A stretch of 35,568 nt of DNA from positions 1 through 35,568 of the forward strand of contig JBNMNM010000003.1 in NCBI GenBank assembly GCA_051275585.1, in the 5' to 3' direction. The notes under the pieces are model-generated. The model searched no databases. It saw only the letters and a program-made list of their open reading frames with translations, and was not told where the DNA came from. Positions 1-11,327 of this stretch are shown one piece after another. Numbering within the stretch: position 1 is the stretch's first letter; every line of letters begins with the position of its first letter. Source of the DNA: a bacterium (GTDB lineage: Bacteria > SAR324 > XYD2-FULL-50-16 > JBNMNM01). The translations under genes were made by a program, and so were the position numbers.

Positions 1-1314
<1,314 letters not shown>

Positions 1315-1480
1315 TTATATCATATAGATAAAGGAATTTCATTTTTTACTCTATTGAAACTTAAAACTTTATTTTCATTTTATTCATAAATAATATTGAA
1401 AGAGTACATATTCTACTTATAAGAAGACGGACTAAATAATATTTAAACTTTCATTTTTTTAAAAATTGGTAAGGAATTTC

Positions 1481-2755
1481 ATGGATCAACAAACAACAGC
1501 AGAAGAAGCAGTTAAGGTAATTCAATCAGGAAACCGTGTTTTTATTCATAGTGTTGCGGCTGCTCCGTTGCATTTAATTAATGCAATGACAGCCCGAGCA
1601 CCAGAATTACGAGATGTTGAAGTAATTCACATTCATACAGAGGGAGCAGCACCATACGCAAATCCTGAACATGCAAAAAGTTTTCGGACAAATGCACTTT
1701 TTGTAGGAAGTAATGTTAGAGCCGCTGTTAATGATGGACGAGCTGATTATCTACCAATTTTCTTAAGTGAAGTTCCTGCACTTTTTCGGAAAGATATACT
1801 TCCTTTAGATGTTGCTATGATCCAAGTTTCTCCTCCTGATCAACATGGATTTTGCTCTTTAGGTGTTTCTGTAGCTGTAACTGTAGCGGCTGTTCATAAA
1901 GCAAAGCATGTAATTGCTCAAGTTAATCCTAAAATGCCTCGAACTCATGGTGATGGATTAATCCATATTAATAAAATCAATTCTTATATTGAAGTTGATG
2001 AAGCATTACCTGAATTTCCTTCTGCACCAATTACAGAAGTTGAAGAAAAAATTGGACTTAATGTAGCAAGTTTAATTGAAGATGGTGCAACACTTCAAAT
2101 GGGGATTGGAGCGATTCCAAATGCAGTTCTTGCCCAACTTACTACTCACAAAAACCTTGGTGTTCATTCAGAAATGTTTGCTGAGGGAGTAATTGATCTA
2201 GTTGAGAGAGGAGTAATTAATGGAACTCAAAAACATTCTCATCCAGAAAAATTAGTTGCTGGATTTATTATGGGCACACAACGTATCTATGATTTCATTG
2301 ATGATAATCCTGAAGTTGCAATGCTCGATATTGCTTATGTGAATGATACTGCCGTAATTCGAAAAAATCCAAAAGTAACTGCGATTAATAGTGCTATAGA
2401 AATTGATTTAACAGGGCAAGTTTGTGCTGATTCTATAGGTACAATTCAATATTCTGGAGTTGGTGGGCAAATGGATTTTATGCGTGGTGCTTCCCTTTCA
2501 GAAGGTGGAAAACCAATCATTGCATTACCATCAATCACAGGAAAAGGAATTTCTCGAATTGTTCCATTTCTTAAGGAAGGAGCAGGTGTTGTAACTACTC
2601 GTGCTCATGTTCATAACATCATTACAGAATATGGTATTGCTGATGTTTATGGAAAGAATTTACGACAACGAGCAAAAGCCTTAATTGCAATTGCTCATCC
2701 AGATCATCGAGAAGGATTAGAAAGACAAGCTTTTGAGCGATTTAAAAGTTTATAG
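1481..2755 (+). CDS. Acetyl-CoA hydrolase/transferase family protein (4-hydroxybutyrate CoA-transferase-like)
   Basis: Motifs LQMGIGAIP, LGVHSEM (catalytic Glu) and SGVGGQMDF. ATG 1481 follows AAGGA at 1471-1475 and is preferred over the track's TTG start at 1466. Confidence 0.9.
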   Translation: MDQQTTAEEAVKVIQSGNRVFIHSVAAAPLHLINAMTARAPELRDVEVIHIHTEGAAPYANPEHAKSFRTNALFVGSNVRAAVNDGRADYLPIFLSEVPALFRKDILPLDVAMIQVSPPDQHGFCSLGVSVAVTVAAVHKAKHVIAQVNPKMPRTHGDGLIHINKINSYIEVDEALPEFPSAPITEVEEKIGLNVASLIEDGATLQMGIGAIPNAVLAQLTTHKNLGVHSEMFAEGVIDLVERGVINGTQKHSHPEKLVAGFIMGTQRIYDFIDDNPEVAMLDIAYVNDTAVIRKNPKVTAINSAIEIDLTGQVCADSIGTIQYSGVGGQMDFMRGASLSEGGKPIIALPSITGKGISRIVPFLKEGAGVVTTRAHVHNIITEYGIADVYGKNLRQRAKALIAIAHPDHREGLERQAFERFKSL

Positions 2756-2778
2756 TTTCTAACTTGATCTAAGTTTTG

Positions 2779-2804
2779 GCTCTATCCTCAAGACAGGATA
2801 GGGC
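2779..2804. terminator. Hairpin between convergent genes, probable terminator
   Basis: GCTCTATCCT-caagac-AGGATAGGGC inverted repeat lies between two stop codons; U-tracts are weak. Confidence 0.55.
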
Positions 2805-3419
2805 TTAAAGCTCATAAGTTTCTATTTCTCTATTTTGTAAAACTTCATCAAGCGAAAAAATAGGGGGGGTTTCTAGTGAGGAACAAAAACATAATGAGGC
2901 AGGACTCCCATTAATAAATCGAAAAAATACTTCTTGTAATATTTCAGAAAGAGAATTGATTATAAAAGAGTTAATTAAAACAGTTCCCGATTCTTGAAAC
3001 AACATAGCTAACATTGCAAAGTTTTTCTTTTCTTCACCACGCAATTTATAAATAGGATAATGTCGAATATGTCTAGCTTTTAGCTTATTCACAAAGTTTT
3101 CTTTACTTCGATTTTTCCCTTCAAAATAAAAAAAAGCGTCATTCTCTAAAGCTAAATAATATCCTGCATTATGAACCAACACTTTATCACCTAAAAGTTG
3201 CCGATCACTTTGAATCATTACCTCTCCTTCCTTTTCAATAATTCCCTGATCAGGTCTAATTCCACCTTCAAGTAATTTTAGTAGGGTATGTAATTCATCA
3301 TCAGTTTTTGTAATTAAGTGAGTTCTACCTCGGGCTGTAATCGAGAAATTAATTCGATTTAACCCAAAATCTTCTTGAGGAAAACTTGTGACATTGCGAA
3401 AAGCAATTAATGGAATCAT
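2805..3419 (-). CDS. Degenerate ABC-ATPase-like protein (catalytic motifs lost)
   Basis: ABC scaffold is recognisable (LIAFRNVT, LNRINFSI, TLLKLLEG-IRPDQGII, YKLRGEEKK), but Walker A, signature, Walker B and H-loop are non-canonical. Its start overlaps the upstream stop by 4 bp. Confidence 0.6.
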   Translation of the reverse strand: MIPLIAFRNVTSFPQEDFGLNRINFSITARGRTHLITKTDDELHTLLKLLEGGIRPDQGIIEKEGEVMIQSDRQLLGDKVLVHNAGYYLALENDAFFYFEGKNRSKENFVNKLKARHIRHYPIYKLRGEEKKNFAMLAMLFQESGTVLINSFIINSLSEILQEVFFRFINGSPASLCFCSSLETPPIFSLDEVLQNREIETYEL

Positions 3420-3895
3420 ATTTTAGAAAAAATACAATGCAGAAGTTGACTAAAAAAAGCAGGGACCGCTGAAGAATTTTCCTCTGGTGCCCAAGATGCA
3501 AAATTTTTGTCTGAAGTTGCAACATAAGGACCCGGCTTTACTTCATAAAAAACAGAGCCTGATTGTAATGAGATGATGGTGTGGTACACACCTGCTGGAA
3601 TATCAACACCTAAATTTCCAGTTGTAGGATCAAGGATAAATACCTCATTTACAGTGCCATCATCTTCAAAGGTCGCAATCACACCTTTCCCTCGAAGAAT
3701 CAAAAAAGCCTCATCTTTTAAAGGATCAATATGTCGATGTGGTCGAATATAACTTTCTGGCTCAATTGCATTTAAGAAACGTTGAGCATTATCTTCATCT
3801 TGATGAAAGTTATAGTGCATCCTAAAGCGAGATGATTCCTTAGCTTGCCTACTTACCGACTCTAGAAGATCTGGTGTGATGGTCTGAATTTTCAC
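3416..3895 (-). CDS. WbuC family cupin-fold metalloprotein
   Basis: SRFRMHYNFH, QRFLNAIEPESYIRPHRH, E..H metal ligands, FYEVKPGPY and FASWAPEE; GTG start. Confidence 0.88.
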   Translation of the reverse strand: MKIQTITPDLLESVSRQAKESSRFRMHYNFHQDEDNAQRFLNAIEPESYIRPHRHIDPLKDEAFLILRGKGVIATFEDDGTVNEVFILDPTTGNLGVDIPAGVYHTIISLQSGSVFYEVKPGPYVATSDKNFASWAPEENSSAVPAFFSQLLHCIFSKI

Positions 3896-4037
3896 CGTTT
3901 ACAATTTCCCTTAACAATCGTTTTCTATCTCGAGATAGTTTAACAATAACAACTACCTTTTGGACAATAAGCAGGATAAAAATTATATTCGAGAAAATTA
4001 AAAAAATTACAATCTGTAACGCATACTTTTCTAGCAT
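3849..4037 (-). CDS. Small single-pass membrane protein (62 aa), hypothetical
   Basis: From ATG 4037: MLEKYALQIVIFLIFSNIIFILLIVQKVVVIVKLSRDRKRLLREI..., a hydrophobic helix plus basic tail. It fills the gap between co-oriented genes and overlaps the wbuC start. Confidence 0.5.
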   Translation of the reverse strand: MLEKYALQIVIFLIFSNIIFILLIVQKVVVIVKLSRDRKRLLREIVNGENSDHHTRSSRVGK

Positions 4038-4070
4038 TAGAAATTCACAGCGAGTTGATTTACTCAAAAA

Positions 4071-4667
4071 CTAATTTGCGACGAAATCAAACTGGTTGAT
4101 AAATTCATTCCAGTTTTTAACTCGAATCCATTCCTGATCTTTTACAGTCTCGTTATGTGGACGTTCCATTAAGAACACTTGACTATCAGGAAAAGCTTCT
4201 TTTACATCCATGCAATTTCGAGGACTATCATCTAAAAAAATAATTTGTTTTTCTGGATTTCGAACTTTTGCAATGCTCTGAGCCTTGCCTGGATAACTTT
4301 CATCCCCAAAATTCATGTGTCCAGCAAGGTACAACCCTGTATATTTCATTCCTAACAGATGTAAGTTTTTTTCTCGTTTTAAATAATACTCATTAGGCAG
4401 GTTCGTGACTAAATAAACTTTAAAAAGATCTGAAATTTGATTAAACTGTTGAATATTAACTAATGGATCTAGTCTTTCCAACCGATCAGATTTCAAAAAG
4501 CGATCCCATGCTTCTTCAATATCAACAGTTTGAAAGTCTTCTTCTAATGCCCATGTTTTTGGAACAAAGCCTTTTGGTAAATGAGGAAGATAATATTCTC
4601 TCATCATATCTACAAAGGATGCTTCAAAATCGAGTAATACTCCATCTACATCGAAAAAGAATTCCAT
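4071..4667 (-). CDS. HAD-superfamily hydrolase, 5'(3')-nucleotidase-like
   Basis: Motif I FFDVDGVL, motif II YLVTN, motif III K, motif IV IFLDDSPRN. Confidence 0.8.
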   Translation of the reverse strand: MEFFFDVDGVLLDFEASFVDMMREYYLPHLPKGFVPKTWALEEDFQTVDIEEAWDRFLKSDRLERLDPLVNIQQFNQISDLFKVYLVTNLPNEYYLKREKNLHLLGMKYTGLYLAGHMNFGDESYPGKAQSIAKVRNPEKQIIFLDDSPRNCMDVKEAFPDSQVFLMERPHNETVKDQEWIRVKNWNEFINQFDFVAN

Positions 4668-4751
4668 ATGCTTTTACCAATAACAGTTGAATAAATATAT
4701 TGAATGGTAGCCTATCTAACAAAAAAATAGAAAATACGAAAGCTGAAAAAG

Positions 4752-5651
4752 CTAGAACTTCTCTTTAATCAAGTGATCAATCAAAACATCTTTCTCTTCC
4801 CAAATACCATTCAACCACCCTTGGATTTTTTGACGAGACTCCAAATCACCATTATAATTTTTTGGAACAAGACCTACAGGGACTTCTCGATATTGAACAT
4901 GAACAACAACTTTTTTCACTTTTCCTGACATTAAATCGCTAAAACTAACTTCATTTGGTTCATATAAAAGCGTTGTGTCCACAATACCACTAAGATAGTC
5001 CGCCATCTCTGAGATTACAACAGCAACTCCTCCAGCCTTTGGTATTAATAAATTTTTATATGGAGAATTTTGCTCTTTACGCTTATCCTCTGTTAGACGA
5101 GTGCCTTCTAAAAAATTAATAACAGACACAGGAGTACGTTTAAAAATTTCACATGCCTGTCGAGTTGTTTCAATATCCTTTCCTTTCATTTCTGGATGTT
5201 TTTCTAAAAATGCTTTTGAATGTCTTTGCATAAAAGGAAAATCTAATGCCCACCAACAAAACCCAAGTAACGGAACTTTACGAAGTTCTTGTTTAATAAA
5301 AAACTTCAAGAATGGAATTTGATGATTATAAACTGTTTGCAGGACTACAATATCAACCCATGTTCGATGATTAGAAAAAACAAGTAACCATGGTTTATCT
5401 GTTGGGAGTGTATCCAAACCTTCAATATCATACTCAATTCTTTGAGTTAACCAAAAGATCAAACTATTTACATCAACCCAACGATGTCCAAACCAAATCA
5501 ATAACTTTGTGCATACAAGTTGATTGATAGAAATTGGAATTAATTTGATTGTTCCTAATACTAACATAATCAAAAAATGAAAAGTTAAATTGAGGATACA
5601 CAGTGATAGCGTAAACACACCTAAAACAGGTGCAGGTAGAAATGATAACAT
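4752..5651 (-). CDS. YihG-like lysophospholipid acyltransferase
   Basis: NHRTWVD (HX4D), LKFFIKQEL, WWALDFPFMQR, FLEGTR and LLIPKAGG. ATG 5651 preferred to GTG 5657. Confidence 0.88.
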   Translation of the reverse strand: MLSFLPAPVLGVFTLSLCILNLTFHFLIMLVLGTIKLIPISINQLVCTKLLIWFGHRWVDVNSLIFWLTQRIEYDIEGLDTLPTDKPWLLVFSNHRTWVDIVVLQTVYNHQIPFLKFFIKQELRKVPLLGFCWWALDFPFMQRHSKAFLEKHPEMKGKDIETTRQACEIFKRTPVSVINFLEGTRLTEDKRKEQNSPYKNLLIPKAGGVAVVISEMADYLSGIVDTTLLYEPNEVSFSDLMSGKVKKVVVHVQYREVPVGLVPKNYNGDLESRQKIQGWLNGIWEEKDVLIDHLIKEKF

Positions 5652-6256
5652 TCTCACAATCTCGGAAAAATTAATAAATCTAAATTTTTACATCTAAAAA
5701 TTTAATAAAATTAAGCTTTGCTTTTACAAAAATCACCTACTGAAATGATTTTATTTTTTGAATCAAATAGAAGATCTACCCTTTATTTATAAATTCATCA
5801 CAGCATTTTTTAGAATCATTTAGGGAAATTTTTTGAAAATCAAGAAAAAACAGTTTTTGAATATTGTTAATAGAAATAACACTACTCTACAAACAATTTT
5901 TAGATCTTAAAGCAATGCTATTATAGATTTATATCTCTTTTTACTTATTTAATACTTTCAATAATTTAAATTATGATCTTTTTCAAAAAAAAATAAAGAC
6001 TTAAAAATTAATAAGATCAATAGATTATCTAAGCAGAAAATCAAGTTTTTCTATTTGGCTAAAGTATTATTATTCAATAAAATTTTATTATTTTTTGAGA
6101 ATTGATTTTCATCCTGAAGGTGAGTTATTGAAATAGCTTAATTTAATTATTTTATAATTTCTTAAAGGATATTTTTATCCAAAAGAGTTTTCATTTTTCA
6201 TGATTTTATTGAATCTCCCTATTTTTAAAATTATGATCCAATTCTTCTAAAAACTT

Positions 6257-7876
6257 ATGAATGAATTTCTACAACTTTTAAAAAACCCTGCATTTCTTCT
6301 TTTGCTTATCATTGTCATAGGAACACTTATTGGAAAAATTGAAGTTTCCTCATTCTCATTTGGCTCCTCTGCTATCATATTTGTCGCTCTTATCTTCGGA
6401 CATCTAGGCTATACCTTGCCTGCAACATTCCAAACCCTTGGACTAACTCTTTTTATCTACGCTATTGGATTACAAGCTGGTCCTGGGTTTATTAATTCTT
6501 TTCGGAAAGAAGGCGTCATCTTAACTTTTGGAGCATTATTTCTTGTATTGATTGGATTTCTTGTCACTCTAGGACTTAGTATTTTATTAAAATATAATTC
6601 TAGTATTGGTGCTGGAATGTTTGCTGGAGCGTTAACAAGCACACCTGGATTGGCTGTTGCCGTCGAAATTACAAACGGAACTTTATCTGCCGCCGCTTAT
6701 GGAGTTACCTATACATTTGGAACTCTTGGAGTGATTCTTTTTATAAAAATTATTCCTTATTTCTTTAAAATTAATATTGAGGAAGAAGAGAACATCATCA
6801 AAGAAGAAGTTGAAGCACAACATCCAAAAATTATTCATCATCATATTGAAGTAAATAATCCTAATATTTTTAATAAACAAATTAAGGAAATTTATATTAA
6901 TCAAGTTGCTTCTGTGACGATTACTCGCTTACAGCGTGAAGAGTCACAAACTTCAGAATTAGTTACGGCAGAAACAAGGATTCAAAAAAGTGATATTTTA
7001 CGAATTGTTGGTACAAAAGAAGATCTTCAAAGAATTGAACTTTATTTAGGAAAAAAGATCACCAAAGAAATTCATTTTTCAAAAAACCTCGAAAAACAAA
7101 GAATTCTAGTATCCAAAAAAGATCATGTCGGTCGAACTCTTGGTTCCATTGACTTTTCAAACTCTTTTCATGTTCAGGTTTCTCGGTTAACAAGAAATGG
7201 AATGGATCTCCCAGCGAATGCAAATACTCGGATTCAAATGGGAGATCAATTACATGTAATTGGGCCAAAAGATTCCATTAGTAATATAGTAAAATTGCTT
7301 GGAAACAATATTGAATCTACGTATAAAACTGATGTTTTTTCAATTATTTTAGGTATTTTTATTGGTTTTCTGATTGGAAAAATTCCAATTACGTTACCAA
7401 TTATTGGCACCTTTTATCTTGGGGTAACAGGTGGAGTTTTAATCACAGGTCTAACGCTTGGTCATTTATATAAAACAGGGCCAATTGTTTGGGTTATTCC
7501 TGCAACAGCAAATTCACTGATTCGTGATTTCGGATTAATGTTATTTCTAGCTACAGTAGGAACAATGGCTGGTTCAACAATAGTTGAAACCATTGAAAAA
7601 GAAGGGATTTCTTTACTATTTTCTGGTATTTTAGTGACCCTAATTCCTCTCATTTTAGGATTTTTATTATGTAAATATGTACTAAAAATTCGCTTTCTTC
7701 GTATACTTGGAGTTTTAACTGGTGGAATGACAAGTACTCCTGGACTAGCATCAACTACAAATCTTTCAAATACTCCTTATGCTGCGTCTGCTTATGCAAC
7801 AGTTTATCCAATTGCATTAATTGGAATGATTTTATTTACAAAGGTTTTAGCCTTATTATTAAATATTCTGAATTAA
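6257..7876 (+). CDS. YidE/YbjL/AspT family (aspartate:alanine exchanger-like) transporter with two TrkA-C domains
   Basis: Duplicated membrane halves with GLQAGPGF, GALTSTPGL and GGMTSTPGL flank a soluble region with two RCK_C-like repeats. Confidence 0.9.
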   Translation: MNEFLQLLKNPAFLLLLIIVIGTLIGKIEVSSFSFGSSAIIFVALIFGHLGYTLPATFQTLGLTLFIYAIGLQAGPGFINSFRKEGVILTFGALFLVLIGFLVTLGLSILLKYNSSIGAGMFAGALTSTPGLAVAVEITNGTLSAAAYGVTYTFGTLGVILFIKIIPYFFKINIEEEENIIKEEVEAQHPKIIHHHIEVNNPNIFNKQIKEIYINQVASVTITRLQREESQTSELVTAETRIQKSDILRIVGTKEDLQRIELYLGKKITKEIHFSKNLEKQRILVSKKDHVGRTLGSIDFSNSFHVQVSRLTRNGMDLPANANTRIQMGDQLHVIGPKDSISNIVKLLGNNIESTYKTDVFSIILGIFIGFLIGKIPITLPIIGTFYLGVTGGVLITGLTLGHLYKTGPIVWVIPATANSLIRDFGLMLFLATVGTMAGSTIVETIEKEGISLLFSGILVTLIPLILGFLLCKYVLKIRFLRILGVLTGGMTSTPGLASTTNLSNTPYAASAYATVYPIALIGMILFTKVLALLLNILN

Positions 7877-7878
7877 CC

Positions 7879-8079
7879 GTGGATTCTTATTTTTAAGAGA
7901 CTCATCAACATTATTAATGTCAAAATCCAAAGGAACCCTAATCTTTTATATGTAAAGTAACTCATCTCTGAAATTGAAACACTGCTCTTGAATTTGCACA
8001 AAAATATAGAAATAAAACCAATCTACTCAAACAAGAAACATGGTCAGAAATTATTGATATTCGAAACGGTGACTCTTAA
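7879..8079 (+). pseudogene. Possible decayed 3' gene remnant
   Basis: One frame reads as protein-like sequence with five in-frame stops and ends ...TALEFAQKYRNKTNLLKQETWSEIIDIRNGDS*; no homologue recognised. Confidence 0.2.
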
Positions 8080-8108
8080 AAGACAAAAAATGGTGACATC
8101 CTGGTAGG

Positions 8109-8156
8109 AAAAAAAGCGAATTCTTTTTTAGAAGTTAAAAGAATTCGCTTTTTTTT
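8109..8156. terminator. Bidirectional rho-independent terminator
   Basis: AAAAAAAGCGAATTCTTTT...AAAAGAATTCGCTTTTTTT, a long inverted repeat with A/T tracts on both sides, directly after the glyQS stop. Confidence 0.9.
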
Positions 8157-9537
8157 ATTTTTGGAATTTTTCTGCAAGATACTTAGGAAGTTCTTCAATT
8201 AAAATTCGATCTTGTGCCATTGAATCACGATCTCGTACTGTTACAGAATGATCTTCTAACGACTCAAAATCAAATGTTACACAGTATGGAGTTCCAATTT
8301 CATCCTGTCGTCGATATCTCTTACCAATACTTTGAGTAACATCAAATTCAGTTACAAATTGATCAGAAATCGCATAAAATACTTTTTCTGCTTCATCACT
8401 CAATTTCTTAGCTAATGGAAGAACAGCCACTTGAATCGGTGCAATTCGTTTGTCTAGTCGAAGAACAATTCTTGTATCTCCACCTTCCAACTCTTCTTCA
8501 TCATATCCGTTCACTAATAAAGCTAAAAGAAGTCGATCAACTCCTAATGATGGCTCAATTACATGAGGAATATATTTCTTTTGAGTCATTGGATCTTGAT
8601 AAGTTAAATCTTTTCCTGAATGTTCTTGATGTTGAGTTAAATCAAAATCACCACGATGTGCAATTCCCCATAGCTCACCCCAACCGAATGGAAATTTAAA
8701 CTCAATATCAGTTGTTGCTTTACTATAATGGGAAAGCTCATCATCTTCATGATCTCGAACTTTAATTAGCTCGTCTTTAACTCCCATGTCTTTTAGCCAA
8801 TCCACACAGAATTTTTTCCATGTATCATGTGCTTCTAAAGAATTCTCAGGATTACAGAAGTACTCTAATTCCATTTGTTCGAATTCTCTTGTTCGAAAAA
8901 TGAAGTTTCCTGGAGTGATTTCATTTCGAAATGACTTTCCAATTTGAGCAATTCCAAAAGGAACTTTTTTTCGAGCTGTTGTTGTTACTTGTTTAAAGTT
9001 AACAAAAATTCCTTGTGCTGTTTCTGGACGAAGATAAACTTCAGATGCACTATCATCAGTAACACCTTGATGAGTCTTAAACATCAAATTGAAATGACGA
9101 ATATCCGTAAAAGTCTTCTCGCCACACTTTGGACACTTAATTCCTAACTCTTCAATTTTTGCTTTTAATGCTTCATTGTCTAACCCTGCAACAGCAGATG
9201 CAGCTTCATCTTCTTTTCCATCTGCAATCAATTTATCTTCAATTAATTTGTCTGCACGATGACGGCTGTTACAGTTTTTACAATCCATTAAAGGATCTGA
9301 AAACCCACCAATATGACCTGAAGCTTCCCATACTTTTGGGTTCATCAAGATAGCAGAATCCAACCCAACAACATCATGTCGAGATTGAACAAAAGATTTC
9401 CACCATAATTTCTTGATATTATTTTTTAGCTCAACTCCAAGAGGACCATAATCCCAAGAGTTCGCAAGACCACCATAAATATCAGATCCAGGGAAGACAA
9501 AACCTCTTCGCTTTGCAAGTGATACTAACTTTTCCAT
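8155..9537 (-). CDS. glyQS: Glycine--tRNA ligase, alpha2 (homodimeric) type
   Basis: [56 protein letters not shown] and [18 protein letters not shown] 9537 preferred over TTG 9549. Confidence 0.96.
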   Translation of the reverse strand: MEKLVSLAKRRGFVFPGSDIYGGLANSWDYGPLGVELKNNIKKLWWKSFVQSRHDVVGLDSAILMNPKVWEASGHIGGFSDPLMDCKNCNSRHRADKLIEDKLIADGKEDEAASAVAGLDNEALKAKIEELGIKCPKCGEKTFTDIRHFNLMFKTHQGVTDDSASEVYLRPETAQGIFVNFKQVTTTARKKVPFGIAQIGKSFRNEITPGNFIFRTREFEQMELEYFCNPENSLEAHDTWKKFCVDWLKDMGVKDELIKVRDHEDDELSHYSKATTDIEFKFPFGWGELWGIAHRGDFDLTQHQEHSGKDLTYQDPMTQKKYIPHVIEPSLGVDRLLLALLVNGYDEEELEGGDTRIVLRLDKRIAPIQVAVLPLAKKLSDEAEKVFYAISDQFVTEFDVTQSIGKRYRRQDEIGTPYCVTFDFESLEDHSVTVRDRDSMAQDRILIEELPKYLAEKFQK

Positions 9538-9566
9538 GAATAAACCCAATTAAAATGAATCTAGAA

Positions 9567-11327
9567 TTACATTCTTTTGATTGCTGCAATTCCTAAAATA
9601 TCTAATGTTTTTCGTAAAACTTCTTTTGTTCCTAGAGATAAACAAAGTCTTGCTTGAACTGCCTCAGTAGATTCAGCGGTTAAAATTTTATTATCATAAT
9701 AAAATTTATTAAATCCTCGGCAAAGATCATAAATATATCCCGCTAAAACGGCTGGATTTCTTTGCTTTGCAGACTCCTCTACAAAATCAGGAAAACGAGC
9801 TAGCTGAACTAAAACTCGAACTTCATCTTGATTCCATTGATATCGACCTAAGTAAATATCACTTGGTTTTTGCTCTGCTTTTTTTAATAAACTGCATATT
9901 CGAGCATGAGTATACTGCAAATACGGGCCAGTTTGACCTTCAAAAGATAATGACTCTTTAGGGTTAAAACTAATCGATTTTACTGCATTTGTTCTTAAAA
10001 TATAATATTTGATTGCAGCTTGTCCAACTTCTTCAGCAACTTGTAGAAGCTCTTCTTCTGAACGACCTTGGATTGCACTTCTTTCTTTTGCTTGCTCTAG
10101 GGCTAATGATTTCATTTCGTCCATCAAATCATCTAAGTCAACTACAGTTCCTTCTCGAGACTTCATTCGTCCTTCAGGAAGAGTAATCATTCCATAGCTG
10201 ATATGTTCGCAACGATTAGCCCAATCATAACCAAATTTTTCAAGAGTTTTGAATAAAACGTTAAAATGATTATCTTGTTCATTTCCAACAACAAAAAGAC
10301 ATCCATTCAAATGACGATCTTCATAGTCTTCGAATTTTTTAACTGTCGTTGAAATATCTTGAGTCATATAAACGGATGTTCCATCACCTCGAAGCAAAAT
10401 CTTTTTTCCTAATTTTTCAGCTTCAAGATCAATCGCAATGGCTCCATTTTCTTCTCTGTAGCAAATTCCTTTTTCTAAAGCAGCATTCACTAACTCTTTT
10501 CCACCTGTGAATGTTTCACTTTCAAAGTAATATCGGTCAAAAGAAACACCCATTCTTTCGTATGTTTCACGGAAACCATCAATTACCCATTTGTTCATTG
10601 TTTTCCATAACGCACGAACTTCAGGGTTTTCTGCTTCCCAATCCCTTAACATTTGTTGAGCTTCTTCTAAAAGCTCAGGATGTTCTTTTTCTTTTTGAGC
10701 ATAGAGTACATAAAAATCACCAACAAACTTATCCCCTTTTTTCCCTGTACTTTCAGGCGTTTTTCCCTCACCCCATTTTTGATAAGCCAACATTGACTTA
10801 CAAATATGGATTCCTCGGTCATTCACTAAATTTGCTTTTACAAGATTATAATTTGAATACTCAAGAAGTCTCGCAAGAGTAATTCCTAACAAATTATTCC
10901 TTCCATGACCTAAATGCAGAGGCTTATTTGTATTTGGAGAAGAATACTCTAACATCAAGGTTTGTCCTTGCCCTGAGTCATTTTTTCCGTATTTTTCTTC
11001 TTCAATACAAACAGGAAGCATTGCATTCGCTAACCATGTTCCTGCAATTTTAAAATTTAGGTATGGCCCTTGTGCTTCAACAGTTTCAAAATGTTGATCA
11101 TCTCCCCAATGTTCAGCAATAGCTTGAGCAATCATTGGTGGTGCTTTTTTCACAACTTTTGCTAATGGAAAACATGCAAATGCAATGTGTCCCATTTTTC
11201 CATCAGGAGGAGTTTCAAACTTAAAGGAATCAGCAGAAACGGAATCTAAACTAAACGCTAATTTTAGTAGCTCAATTACACGATCACTAATTCGTTCTTT
11301 AAGAAAATTAATAAAGTTATAAGTCAT
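9567..11327 (-). CDS. argS: Arginine--tRNA ligase
   Basis: EYSSPNTNKPLHLGHGRN (HIGH motif), RMKSREG, GQTGPYLQYTHAR and C-terminal ..KRM. ATG 11327 is the likely start (track start 11372). Confidence 0.96.
   Translation of the reverse strand: MTYNFINFLKERISDRVIELLKLAFSLDSVSADSFKFETPPDGKMGHIAFACFPLAKVVKKAPPMIAQAIAEHWGDDQHFETVEAQGPYLNFKIAGTWLANAMLPVCIEEEKYGKNDSGQGQTLMLEYSSPNTNKPLHLGHGRNNLLGITLARLLEYSNYNLVKANLVNDRGIHICKSMLAYQKWGEGKTPESTGKKGDKFVGDFYVLYAQKEKEHPELLEEAQQMLRDWEAENPEVRALWKTMNKWVIDGFRETYERMGVSFDRYYFESETFTGGKELVNAALEKGICYREENGAIAIDLEAEKLGKKILLRGDGTSVYMTQDISTTVKKFEDYEDRHLNGCLFVVGNEQDNHFNVLFKTLEKFGYDWANRCEHISYGMITLPEGRMKSREGTVVDLDDLMDEMKSLALEQAKERSAIQGRSEEELLQVAEEVGQAAIKYYILRTNAVKSISFNPKESLSFEGQTGPYLQYTHARICSLLKKAEQKPSDIYLGRYQWNQDEVRVLVQLARFPDFVEESAKQRNPAVLAGYIYDLCRGFNKFYYDNKILTAESTEAVQARLCLSLGTKEVLRKTLDILGIAAIKRM

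Noticed and set aside
5652-6256. oriC (AT-rich, GATC sites, TTATCCAAA at 6175-6183)
   Set aside because: Only one imperfect DnaA box noticed, no box cluster and no origin-associated genes nearby.
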